Of a stretch of DNA of 64,000 nt, positions 29,566 to 38,905 are shown piece after piece. The notes below the pieces were generated by a model. It did no database searches and had not been told where the DNA came from. It was given only the letters and a program-made list of their open reading frames with translations. The position numbers and the translations under genes were made by a program. The DNA comes from Candidatus Blackburnbacteria bacterium (GTDB lineage Bacteria; Patescibacteriota; Microgenomatia; UBA8517; UBA10165). Numbering within the stretch: position 1 is the first letter of the stretch; each line of letters opens with the position of its first letter. Location of the stretch: assembly GCA_016183565.1 (NCBI GenBank), contig JACPEJ010000001.1:422479-486478 (forward strand), written 5' to 3'.

Positions 29566-31389
29566 ATGGCTCTTCTGAATTTTTCTCACAAGTCGAAATC
29601 TAATAATGATAGCCGGTTTGCTATTTCGTCTACCTTCAGGGTAAAAATATTAGCTTTTCTGTTTTTGCTTCTGGGTTTTTTAATTTTATCTCGACTTTTT
29701 ACTTGGCAGGTTGTGCGTGGTGAAGAGTTGAGTAGGATTGGACGAGGGCAGCAAAAGGCACTGAAGACTTTGAGTGCAAGTCGAGGGTCGATTTTAGCTT
29801 CAGATAACTTCCCGCTTGCCTCTTCGTCGGTTGGTTGGTTGATTTGGGCTTCTTTGCCAGGTATTAAAGATCCTGTCGAGGTTGTGGAAAAGCTTGCACC
29901 ACTTTTTATAGATAGTATAGAGGATGTGAAGGAGGATGGGACAGAGAAGACAGTGGAAGAGAAAGAGGCAGAGGGGAAACAGATACTTTTAAAGGAAAGA
30001 GAGAGACTTTTAGGTTTGCTTATGAAGAAAGATGTTGTGTGGGTTCCCTTAAAGCGCCGAGTTAATAATCAAACGAAGGAGGTTATAGATGGTCTTAAAC
30101 TTCAGGGTATAGGGAGTGATATGGAGGAGAAGCGCAGCTACCCTGAGGGGACTATGGCTGCTTCGATTCTAGGTTTTGTTGGTAAGGATGCTGCGGGGAG
30201 TGATAAAGGTTATTTTGGTATGGAGGGACATTATGATGTTGCGCTCTCTGGAGTTACTGGAGAAAGAGCTTGGGAAAAGGACGCTTTAGGCAATCCGATT
30301 TTATCTGGGGATAGTCGGCAAATTCTAGCTTTGGATGGGGTGGATCTCAAAACTCATATTGATCGATCTATTCAGTTTTTGATTGAAAAACATTTGTTGG
30401 ATGGACTCCAGAAATATGGTGCATCACAAGGAACAGTGATAGTGATGCGGCCTTTTGATGGGGCGATACTGGGGATGGCTTCTTTTCCTTCTTATGACCC
30501 TATGGATTTTACAAAATATAAGCAGGACTTTTTTATTAATCCTGCAGTTAGTCAGTCTTTTGAGCCTGGGTCGATTTTTAAGGTTCTTATAATGGCATCT
30601 GCGTTTGATAGTGGTGCAGTTAAACCTTCGGATGAGTGTGATCAGTGTAGTGGGCCTGTGAAGATTGGGAGGTATACTATTGGTACTTGGGATGATAAAT
30701 ATTATCCTAACTCTACTCCTATTGAGATAATTCAACATTCAGATAATGTGGGTATGGTTTGGGTAGCAAGTCGTGTGGGGGCAGAGAAGCTTTATAACTA
30801 TTTGACAAAATTTGGTATTGGGGCTCCGACGGGAATAGATCTTCAGGGAGAGCTTACTCCTTCTTTCCGGCCTTGGGAGAAATGGGGGCAAATTGGGCTT
30901 GCGACGATAGGCTTTGGTCAGGGGATTGCGGTAACTCCGATTCAGATGGTAAGGGCGGTTTCGGCGATTGCAAATAAAGGCAAAATGCCAACTCCTCAGG
31001 TGGTTGATAAGTTGGCAGGTGAGGGTTGGGAGGAGGATGTTTCGCCACAACTTTCGGAGTCTATTATTTCTTCGGAAACTGCGGAGGAGATAACAGGGAT
31101 GATGGTTGATGCGGTCAAGGCTGGTGAGGCTAAGTGGACTGCTGCTAGAGGATATTCGGTTGCCGGCAAGACTGGGACGGCCCAGATTGCTGTTAGAGGG
31201 CTTTATGACGAGGAAAAGACGATTGCTTCTTTTATTGGTTTTGCCCTGTCTGATGATCCTAAATTTGTTATGTTGGTGACTTTAAGGGAGCCTGCGAGTT
31301 CTCCTTGGGCTTCGGAGACTGCTGCTCCGTTATGGTTTGCTATAGCTCGCGATCTTTTCTTCCATTTCGGTATTGCTCCAGAGAAGTAA
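29566..31389 (+). CDS. ftsI: Class B penicillin-binding protein (FtsI/PBP3)
   Basis: SxxK 'GSIFK', SxN 'SDN', KTG 'GKTGTAQ'. Confidence 0.93.
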   Translation: MALLNFSHKSKSNNDSRFAISSTFRVKILAFLFLLLGFLILSRLFTWQVVRGEELSRIGRGQQKALKTLSASRGSILASDNFPLASSSVGWLIWASLPGIKDPVEVVEKLAPLFIDSIEDVKEDGTEKTVEEKEAEGKQILLKERERLLGLLMKKDVVWVPLKRRVNNQTKEVIDGLKLQGIGSDMEEKRSYPEGTMAASILGFVGKDAAGSDKGYFGMEGHYDVALSGVTGERAWEKDALGNPILSGDSRQILALDGVDLKTHIDRSIQFLIEKHLLDGLQKYGASQGTVIVMRPFDGAILGMASFPSYDPMDFTKYKQDFFINPAVSQSFEPGSIFKVLIMASAFDSGAVKPSDECDQCSGPVKIGRYTIGTWDDKYYPNSTPIEIIQHSDNVGMVWVASRVGAEKLYNYLTKFGIGAPTGIDLQGELTPSFRPWEKWGQIGLATIGFGQGIAVTPIQMVRAVSAIANKGKMPTPQVVDKLAGEGWEEDVSPQLSESIISSETAEEITGMMVDAVKAGEAKWTAARGYSVAGKTGTAQIAVRGLYDEEKTIASFIGFALSDDPKFVMLVTLREPASSPWASETAAPLWFAIARDLFFHFGIAPEK

Positions 31390-31400
31390 ATATTACTGCT

Positions 31401-31460
31401 TTTACCGGAGGTGTCAATATAGATCCACCTCTAAGGTGGTTTGTCAAAGGTGGTTTGTCA
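31401..31460 (+). repeat. REP element with 14-bp tandem duplication
   Basis: TTTACCGGAGGTGTCAATATAGATCCACCTCTAAGGTGG; AAGGTGGTTTGTCA occurs twice. Confidence 0.85.
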
Positions 31461-31529
31461 CCGCAAGTGTTTCCGAGGTAAGGTGTTGAGTAATTGCTTC
31501 GTGTCCTCCCACGAAGTGTCCTATAATAC

Positions 31530-31558
31530 TTGACTTTTGGGTAGTTTTGTGGTATATT
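31530..31558 (+). promoter_or_regulatory. Sigma70 promoter of the inserted orphan gene
   Basis: TTGACT-17-(TGG)TATATT. Confidence 0.6.
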
Positions 31559-31639
31559 GTGCCCGTACATTTAAAGTACACTGTTGGGTTTGTGGAGCCG
31601 CTTTCGCTTGCTCGGGCCGAGTCATGAGCTTGCCGAAAG

Positions 31640-31939
31640 ATGTATGTTCCCGCCCAACCGGAGGCCGAAGTGCCAGGCCAAAACGTATTAGAGATGGAGC
31701 TTGAAACGGTAGTGAAGGACCACACGGTTTTCTCACGGGCTGAGACGAAGTACATCACAACCGTCGGTGGCATAAGCCACGTCGTCCGAGATGGCGAGGT
31801 GGTTGTCTACGCTCGTCGGGATCCGGAGTGGAGGCCCACCTACGCTACCTTCCGCGCATGCCACGAGCATCTCGTGGGCCTCATCGAGGCTGGCCAGGAG
31901 CCAACGCTGTCGGGCAGTGGGTTGCTCCCTAAGGCCTAG
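31640..31939 (+). CDS. GC-rich orphan hypothetical protein
   Basis: Own promoter and 3' hairpin; C/G-ending codons unlike neighbouring genes; start uncertain. Confidence 0.55.
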   Translation: MYVPAQPEAEVPGQNVLEMELETVVKDHTVFSRAETKYITTVGGISHVVRDGEVVVYARRDPEWRPTYATFRACHEHLVGLIEAGQEPTLSGSGLLPKA

Positions 31940-31946
31940 CCATCGC

Positions 31947-32037
31947 GCTGGGGGTGCTGTGAAGTAGCAGAGAATTCGATATCGATCGTTCTTAATCACT
32001 CTGCTTTTCCAGCATCCCCAGCCTACTTTTTCTTCTT
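31947..32037 (+). terminator. Long-stem terminator-like hairpin
   Basis: GCTGGGGGTGCTG/CAGCATCCCCAGC outer stem, AGCAGAG/CTCTGCT inner stem, pyrimidine tail. Confidence 0.6.
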
Positions 32038-32084
32038 TATTCTTCCTTAGTGTGGGATGAATTCTGCTATTACACTACAAACTA

Positions 32085-32106
32085 CGAGCGGCCACTCCCG
32101 AGGTGT
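32085..32106 (+). repeat. REP variant CGAGCGGCCACTCCCGAGGTG
   Basis: Same or near-identical motif near 34728, 38851, 53892, 57482 and 58716. Confidence 0.8.
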
Positions 32107-32234
32107 CTGTTCGAACGTGAAATGCAAAAGCGAATCATTATACTCATTATACTCCCCTATACCTTCCTTTCTTAAATTTGATACAATATGGATAGAATCT
32201 ATGGCTACTGTGACCTTCGATTTCACTTGGGGTC

Positions 32235-34718
32235 ATGGTGAGCAACAGTCGAACCATGCATACTTTAGAATTACGTCCTGATAGAAATTTTGAGGGGACG
32301 ACAGAGGCTTCTGCTCAAATCTTCTCGAGTTTAGCAAGCATCAAGTCCTCTTTTTTGAAAAAGCTGTTTGGGGAAGAAGAACCGATAGTTTTTGAAATCC
32401 TTTCGTTTGACCAAAAAACTCATTTTTTTGTGCATTTGCCTGAGGATATTGCTTCCTATGTGGAAAGCCAGATTGTTGCCCAGTATCCTAAGGTGAGTAT
32501 TTTGGGAACTTCGGATCCTTTGGTGTCAAGACTGGCGGGTAAGAAAGTTGCTTACTCGGGCTTAGGGCTTTCCGCAGCTTTCTACTATCCTTTGAAAACT
32601 TGGCGGGATTTTTCGGATTCTGATCCTTTGTCAGCGATTTTGGGTGCGATGGCAAAAGCTGAGAATGACGATATTTTGCTTGTGCAGATTGTTGTTTTGC
32701 CCGCTGGTTCGGGTTGGAGGAATGCTGGTTCAAGGGCAATTTCCCAGGGAATTGTTGGCAGTGATGGTTTGCCAAAGGCTCATCCCAAGGCAGCTTTAAT
32801 TGAGAGAAAACTTGCACAGAACGGTTTTCGTGTCGGGATAAGGCTTCTTGCCGCGTCGGCTGACGAAAAAAGAAGCAGACAGTTGGTTTCTTCACTTGCT
32901 GGTTCTTTTGGTGCTCTTACTTTGGGGGAAAGCAACAGTTTTTCTTTGTCCCAACCTCATTTTTATCAGCAAAAGAGTTATTTGGGTTCTATCATTGCAA
33001 GAACTGCTCGTTATGTCCCCTCTTCTCAATTTTTGACTGTTGATGAGTTGGCGACGATATTTCATTTGCCTTCCCTAGGGCTTTCGGGGATTAAAAATGT
33101 TTCCTGGGGTGGATCTCTTCTTGGAGAACCGCCGGATGATTTGCCGATTGCTATTGGTGCGACGGATGAAGAGCGGTCGAAAATTAATTTCTTGGCACGG
33201 ACTGAATTTAAGAATCAATTAATTGCTTTTGGTATTAAGAAAATAGATCGTAGGCGCCATGTTTATATAATTGGTAAGACTGGTACCGGAAAATCGACTC
33301 TTATTGCTAATATGGCGATAAATGACATGAGGAATGGGGAGGGGGTTGCTGTTGTTGATCCACATGGAGATTTGTCGGAAATTCTTCTTGATTACATACC
33401 TTCTTATCGAATTAATGATGTTGCTTATCTTGATGCTGCGTCTTCGGCTAAGAGGCCTTTTCGGATGAATCTTTTTGAGGTTAAAAATCCTGAGCATGGT
33501 GAGCTTGTTGCATCAGGAGTTGTTTCTATTTTCCAAAAACTTTATGGCTATTCTTGGGGGCCAAGGCTTGAGTATATCTTGAGAAACGCGATTTTGACTC
33601 TTGTTGCAAGACCTAATTCAACTTTGGTTGATGTGCCTCGAATTTTGACTGATCCTGGTTTTAGGAGGAGTGTTGTTGAGAATATCACTGACCCTGTTCT
33701 TAAAAATTTTTGGAGTGTAGAGTTTGAGCAGATGGGGGATCGTTTGCAAGCTGAGGCTATTTCACCAATTTTGAATAAGGTTGGGCAGTTTGTTTCTTCG
33801 CCAACAATTCGTGAGATTATTGGTTATCCGACTTCGACTATTGATCTTGAGGATGTGATGAATAACGGAAAGATTATTATTCTTAATCTTTCTCAGGGAC
33901 GACTTGGAGAAGACAATGCGGCGCTTCTCGGGGCATTGCTTATTACTAAGATACAGCTTGCTGCTATGAATAGGGCATCGATTCGTGAGGAGGAGAGGCG
34001 AGACTTTTATCTTTATGTTGATGAGTTCCAAAATTTTGCTACATCCAGTTTTATTAAGATTCTTTCTGAGGCGCGTAAGTATAGGTTGAATTTAACAGTT
34101 GCGAATCAGTATGCTGGGCAGGTTGCGGAGGATGTGCAAAAGGCTATTTTTGGTAATGTTGGGACATTAATTTCGTTTTTGGTTGGGGCGGAGGATGCAC
34201 AGATTTTGACTCGCGAGTTTGGGAGTACGTATAAAGAGGAAGATTTAGTTGGTTTGGATAATTTCCAAACGATTTTGAAACTTGCGATTGACGGGAAGAC
34301 CTCGCGGCCGTTTTTTGGTTATACACTTCCTTTGCCGAGAAGCAAGAATCAGAATAGGGAGAAGGTTGTGAGAGTTTCGCAGGAAAGGTATACGCGAGAG
34401 GCTGGGACGGGGTTTTTGGAACAGTACGCGCAGAGAGACGTAGGAAGAGATACAGATACAGGTACAGATAGGAGGAGAAATGAACGGCGGGGATCTTCGC
34501 GGCGTGATGGAGGAGGAAGTGACGAGGGAAGGCGTGGGCCGAGACGGGAACACGAGCGTGATATAGCGGTTGGTGTGCCCAGAAGAGATACAGGTACAGA
34601 TAAAGACAGGAGTGAGGAGGTTGTGGGGCAGAAGGTGGAAGTTAAAACTCCAGTGGTTGAGCAAAGCCAGGAGGATTCAAAAATACAAAAAGAGGGAACT
34701 GTTTACGAGGGGAAGTAG
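32235..34718 (+). CDS. VirD4/TraD-like (HerA/FtsK superfamily) P-loop ATPase with charged disordered C-terminal tail
   Basis: Walker A 'GKTGTGKST', 'VDPHGD', Walker B 'LYVDEFQ', 'SEARKY...ANQ', 'IFGNVG'. Confidence 0.85.
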   Translation: MVSNSRTMHTLELRPDRNFEGTTEASAQIFSSLASIKSSFLKKLFGEEEPIVFEILSFDQKTHFFVHLPEDIASYVESQIVAQYPKVSILGTSDPLVSRLAGKKVAYSGLGLSAAFYYPLKTWRDFSDSDPLSAILGAMAKAENDDILLVQIVVLPAGSGWRNAGSRAISQGIVGSDGLPKAHPKAALIERKLAQNGFRVGIRLLAASADEKRSRQLVSSLAGSFGALTLGESNSFSLSQPHFYQQKSYLGSIIARTARYVPSSQFLTVDELATIFHLPSLGLSGIKNVSWGGSLLGEPPDDLPIAIGATDEERSKINFLARTEFKNQLIAFGIKKIDRRRHVYIIGKTGTGKSTLIANMAINDMRNGEGVAVVDPHGDLSEILLDYIPSYRINDVAYLDAASSAKRPFRMNLFEVKNPEHGELVASGVVSIFQKLYGYSWGPRLEYILRNAILTLVARPNSTLVDVPRILTDPGFRRSVVENITDPVLKNFWSVEFEQMGDRLQAEAISPILNKVGQFVSSPTIREIIGYPTSTIDLEDVMNNGKIIILNLSQGRLGEDNAALLGALLITKIQLAAMNRASIREEERRDFYLYVDEFQNFATSSFIKILSEARKYRLNLTVANQYAGQVAEDVQKAIFGNVGTLISFLVGAEDAQILTREFGSTYKEEDLVGLDNFQTILKLAIDGKTSRPFFGYTLPLPRSKNQNREKVVRVSQERYTREAGTGFLEQYAQRDVGRDTDTGTDRRRNERRGSSRRDGGGSDEGRRGPRREHERDIAVGVPRRDTGTDKDRSEEVVGQKVEVKTPVVEQSQEDSKIQKEGTVYEGK

Positions 34719-34727
34719 ATAAGTAAA

Positions 34728-34746
34728 CGGCCACCCCCGAGGTGCC
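34728..34746 (+). repeat. REP variant
   Basis: CGGCCACCCCCGAGGTGCC. Confidence 0.7.
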
Positions 34747-34936
34747 CGCTTACTAGTAGGTTCACTACGACTACTGCCAATCCAGCTATACTTCCCGCGA
34801 CGAATCCATAGTTATTTCTCACCCTCCTTTACTCGTGATGTCAAGGTTCACCTGTAGTGTAGCATAGGGATAGATATAGATACAGTGTCGCTGTTACTGT
34901 GGAAGCTAGTTTTATGGTACAATTGCAGGGCTTGAT

Positions 34937-36352
34937 ATGGCTTCTAGTTCTTCTATTGTTGATTTGCACCATATTCACTTCACGGGTATCAAGGGGGTGG
35001 GGATGACTGCGCTTGCTCTTTGTGCTCAAGATTTGGGGATAAAAGTAACAGGTTCGGATGTTCAGGAGATTTTTGTAACAGACGAAACTCTCGAGAAGCG
35101 AGGGATAACTTGGGAAGTTGGGTTTTCCTCTCAGAACTTAAATCTTCATCCTGATTTGTTGATTACAACCGGTGCTCATGGAGGTTTGAATAACCCCGAA
35201 GTAGTTGCTGCACGCGGAATGGGCATACCTGTTATGACTCACGCAGAAGCTTTGGGGGAATTTGCAAAAGGAAAGAGTACGATTGCTGTTTGTGGGGTTG
35301 GGGGGAAATCTACAACTTCTGCGATGATTTCAACTATTCTTGATAGTGCTTTAAGAAACCCTTCGTTTGCTGTTGGAGTTGGGGATATTTTTTCTCTTGG
35401 TGTGCCAGGTCGCTATGATAAAGAGGGAAAAGAGTTTATTTGTGAAGCAGATGAGTTTGCTATTTCTCCGGGGGTTGATAACCGGCCTAGATGGTCTTAT
35501 CTTTTGCCGAAAGTGATTGTAGTTCCTAATGTAGAGCATGATCATCCGGATATTTACCCAACTTTTGAGGATACAAGGAGGGTGTTTTTAGAGTTTTTTA
35601 ATCGGATACCAAAAGATGGGTTATTGGTCGCGTGTGTGGATAATGAGAATGTGCGCTCTTTAGTCAAACAAACCAGTGTTCCTTTGCAAACGTATGGTTT
35701 TTCAAAGGATGCGGATTGGAGGATCGACAGTATGGAAATTAGAAATCAGAGAATAAATTGTACACTCATACATATGGGTGTAGAATGCAAAGTTGTATTG
35801 AATGTTCCGGGGAGATTTAATGTGTTGAATGCTACAGCTGCGATTGCTGTTGGGTCGTTTTTGGGTTTGTCCGAAGAAGAGTTGGTGCAGGGAATTAATG
35901 CGTATACGGGTTGTAAAAGGCGGATTGAAAAGGTTGCGGAGAAGGATGGAGTTATTTACTATGATGATTATGCTCATTATCCGACGGAGATTAACGCTAT
36001 TTTAAGGGCGCTTAAGGAGTGGTATCCGGACAAAAGAATTGTGGCGGTTTTCCAGCCGCACACTTACTCGCGGACGAAGGCTTTGTTTAAAGAGTTTGCG
36101 GAAAGTTTTAGCGATGCGAACAAGGTAGTTTTTGTTGATGTTTTTTCCTCTGCGCGCGAAACTGACACTCTTGGTGTGAATTCTGAGCTTCTTGCGGAAG
36201 AGACCAAGAAGTACCACGAACACGTGTATTATGGAGGGAATCTTAGAGATTCAGCTCGCGTTATTGGGGAGATTTCTAAATTTGGGGATATAGTTGTTAC
36301 ACTTGGTGCAGGAGATGTTTACAAGATGCAGGATTTGTTGTTGAATTGTTAG
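34937..36352 (+). CDS. murC: UDP-N-acetylmuramate--L-alanine ligase
   Basis: 'GIKGVGM', 'GKSTT', 'CEADE', 'DDYAH.PTE', 'FQPHTYSRT'. Confidence 0.95.
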   Translation: MASSSSIVDLHHIHFTGIKGVGMTALALCAQDLGIKVTGSDVQEIFVTDETLEKRGITWEVGFSSQNLNLHPDLLITTGAHGGLNNPEVVAARGMGIPVMTHAEALGEFAKGKSTIAVCGVGGKSTTSAMISTILDSALRNPSFAVGVGDIFSLGVPGRYDKEGKEFICEADEFAISPGVDNRPRWSYLLPKVIVVPNVEHDHPDIYPTFEDTRRVFLEFFNRIPKDGLLVACVDNENVRSLVKQTSVPLQTYGFSKDADWRIDSMEIRNQRINCTLIHMGVECKVVLNVPGRFNVLNATAAIAVGSFLGLSEEELVQGINAYTGCKRRIEKVAEKDGVIYYDDYAHYPTEINAILRALKEWYPDKRIVAVFQPHTYSRTKALFKEFAESFSDANKVVFVDVFSSARETDTLGVNSELLAEETKKYHEHVYYGGNLRDSARVIGEISKFGDIVVTLGAGDVYKMQDLLLNC

Positions 36353-36368
36353 ATTGTTAAATGGGTTG

Positions 36369-36407
36369 TTTACCGGAGGTGTCAATATAGTTCCACCTTA
36401 GAGGTGG
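36369..36407 (+). repeat. REP element
   Basis: TTTACCGGAGGTGTCAATATAGTTCCACCTTAGAGGTGG. Confidence 0.85.
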
Positions 36408-36446
36408 TTTAGGTTGGCACTTTGGGGAAATAGAAAAAAATAGAAC

Positions 36447-37442
36447 ATGAGTGAGCCTAAGATTTTAGAAAATGTACCGCTTGCGAAATATACGACCTTG
36501 GGGATTGGGGGGCCGGCGAGGTATTTTGTGGAAGTCTTGTCGGAGAAAGATCTTAAGGGGGCGATTGCTTGGGCTCGTGAGAAAGGAGTGGAATACATTG
36601 TTATTGCCGGGGGAAGCAATCTTTTGGTAAGCGATGAGGGATACGAAGGATTGGTAATCCGCATCAAATTTTCGGGTATAGAACAGCAAGATGGGGCAAT
36701 AATTGTTAAAGCAGGAACACATCTTCAGAAACTTGTTGACTATACTATCGAGCATGGTTTGGATGGATTAAGTACTATGGTGGGTGTTCCAGGGAGTGTG
36801 GGCGGAGCCGTGTATGGGTGTGCTGGGGCCTATGGGGACAATATCAGAGATTATATAAAAGAAATCACCTATTTTGATGGAGAGAAAGTTGTTACGATAA
36901 CAAGAGATGATTATGTCACAGGCTATAGAGATAGTATTTTCAAGAGAAATAAAAATTGGATAATTCTAAAGATTAAGTTTGCAGGTCTACCTCACACAGA
37001 TAAGGAAGGGCTTGAAAGGGAAGCGGTGGAGGTTTTGGAAAGAAGAGCACAGAAGTACAATTCTGGTCTTAAGTCGCCGGGAAGTTTTTTTAAGAATATT
37101 CCTGAGGATGAACTGAGTTTAGGCCAACTGACTAAAGTGAGGAAACTTATTGCAGAGTGGGAGCATAATCCGGATTACATTAAAAGGTTTGGGAACACCT
37201 CAGTTGTCAGGTTTGGCAAAATTCCTGCTGGGAATTTGATTGATATGTTGGGGGGCAAGGGTGACCAAATTGGGCAAATAAAAATTAATGAATTTCATGC
37301 AAATACTTTTGTGAATTTAGGTGGGGGAGATGCGAAGGATTTTATAAGCTTGGCCAGAAAGTGGCGAGACAAAGTAAGGGAAGAATTTGGACTTATTTTA
37401 GAACCAGAAGTTCAGTTGGTCGGTTTTAAGGAGGATTTTTAA
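36447..37442 (+). CDS. murB: UDP-N-acetylenolpyruvoylglucosamine reductase
   Basis: 'TTLGIGGPA', 'GGSNLL', 'GVPGSVGGA', 'SPGSFFKN', 'HAN', 'LEPEV'. Confidence 0.95.
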   Translation: MSEPKILENVPLAKYTTLGIGGPARYFVEVLSEKDLKGAIAWAREKGVEYIVIAGGSNLLVSDEGYEGLVIRIKFSGIEQQDGAIIVKAGTHLQKLVDYTIEHGLDGLSTMVGVPGSVGGAVYGCAGAYGDNIRDYIKEITYFDGEKVVTITRDDYVTGYRDSIFKRNKNWIILKIKFAGLPHTDKEGLEREAVEVLERRAQKYNSGLKSPGSFFKNIPEDELSLGQLTKVRKLIAEWEHNPDYIKRFGNTSVVRFGKIPAGNLIDMLGGKGDQIGQIKINEFHANTFVNLGGGDAKDFISLARKWRDKVREEFGLILEPEVQLVGFKEDF

Positions 37443-38842
37443 TGCATTACTCAAAATACAAGGTGGCGATTGTTGGTTTTGGGGTTGAAGGACAGGATGC
37501 TGCTCGATACTTTTTGGGGCAAGAGAGCAAAAAGATAGTAGTGTTTGATAGAAATCCCGAAGAGAGTTTTAATACAGGGGAGTATGAGAAGAAAGGAGTT
37601 GAGTTTTTCTGCGGTCCGGATTATTTATCTTTGGGTTTGAAGGATTTTGATTACATTGTTCGTTCTCCGGGTGTGTATCGTTACTTGCCAGAAATTGTAG
37701 AAGCAGAAAGGAGTGGTGTTAAAATAATTTCAAACACTCAGCTTTTTTTTGAGGAATCGGAAGCAAATATAATTGGAATAACTGGGACAAAAGGTAAGGG
37801 TACAACAGCAAGGATGCTTGAGGCAGGATTGAAAAGTGCGGGGAAGAAAGTTTTGTTGTTAGGGAATATGGGGACACCGATGCTTGATAGAATTGATGAT
37901 GCGGATACTTTTGATTGGGTAATTTTGGAACTTTCTTCTTTTCAATTGATTGATCTTCCCTATAGTCCTCCGATTGCAATTGTTACAAATATTAAAACGG
38001 ACCATTTGAATTGGCACAAGGACAGAGAAGAATATATACACGCGAAAGAGAATCTTTGGAAGCATCAAAAATCTACTGATTATGTTGTGTTTAATAGAGA
38101 TGATGAGACCTGTCGGGAGTTTGGCAGGAGTGCTGTAGGAAGAGTGATATGGGTTGGGGAAGGGATAGATACAGATACAGATACAGATACAGAAAGAAAA
38201 AGAAAGGGTGGAGTATTTGTGGAAAATGGGGAGGTGGTTGTTCAAGTGAATGAAGTAGTGAATGTTGGCAAGGTTGCAGATTTAAAAGTACCGGGACAAC
38301 ACAATATTGCGAATGCTTTGGGTGCTTTGGTAGGTGGAGTGTTGGCAGGGGGAAATCCAAGTCAGGTTTGGGGGGGGATTTCATCTTTTGAGGGAGTCGA
38401 GCATAGATTAGAAAAAGTTGGAGAGATAGATGGTGTTGTTTATATTAACGATTCGGCAGCAACAACTTCTGAGGCAGCTATTGCTGCTTTGAGGACTTTT
38501 CCAAACCCTAAAGTACTTATTGCCGGTGGATCGCTAAAAGGCGTAGGATTTAAAACACTGGCTCAGGGGATTTTGGAAAATAATGTGAAGAGTGTGATTT
38601 TGATGGGGGAATCTGCGAAAGAGATACAGATACAGATAAAGAAACAGAAGATTAAAGAAGGGGGGAATCTGAAGATTATTAGGGGTATAGAGGAGATGGG
38701 AGAGATAGTTAAGAAGGCAAAGGAGTTGGCAAGGAGCGGTGATATTGTGCTTTTGTCGCCAGGGTGTGCATCGTTTGGACTTTTTAAAGATTATAAGGAT
38801 CGGGGAGATAAGTTTAAGGAAGTGGTGAGTAGGGAAGTATGA
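37442..38842 (+). CDS. murD: UDP-N-acetylmuramoyl-L-alanine--D-glutamate ligase
   Basis: 'RSPG', 'GITGTKGKGTT', 'ELSSFQL', 'DHLNWH', 'LSPGCASF'. Confidence 0.95.
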   Translation: MHYSKYKVAIVGFGVEGQDAARYFLGQESKKIVVFDRNPEESFNTGEYEKKGVEFFCGPDYLSLGLKDFDYIVRSPGVYRYLPEIVEAERSGVKIISNTQLFFEESEANIIGITGTKGKGTTARMLEAGLKSAGKKVLLLGNMGTPMLDRIDDADTFDWVILELSSFQLIDLPYSPPIAIVTNIKTDHLNWHKDREEYIHAKENLWKHQKSTDYVVFNRDDETCREFGRSAVGRVIWVGEGIDTDTDTDTERKRKGGVFVENGEVVVQVNEVVNVGKVADLKVPGQHNIANALGALVGGVLAGGNPSQVWGGISSFEGVEHRLEKVGEIDGVVYINDSAATTSEAAIAALRTFPNPKVLIAGGSLKGVGFKTLAQGILENNVKSVILMGESAKEIQIQIKKQKIKEGGNLKIIRGIEEMGEIVKKAKELARSGDIVLLSPGCASFGLFKDYKDRGDKFKEVVSREV

Positions 38843-38850
38843 AGTATGAA

Positions 38851-38869
38851 GCGGCCACTCCCGAGGTGG
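38851..38869 (+). repeat. REP variant
   Basis: GCGGCCACTCCCGAGGTGG. Confidence 0.75.
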
Positions 38870-38905
38870 ACGCTGGACGCGGCGATTTTTAGGAAATAGT
38901 GGAAA

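Noticed and set aside
32235-34718. Conjugative element or ICE implied by the VirD4/TraD-like ATPase
   Set aside because: No relaxase, VirB genes or integrase nearby; stand-alone copies are common in CPR chromosomes
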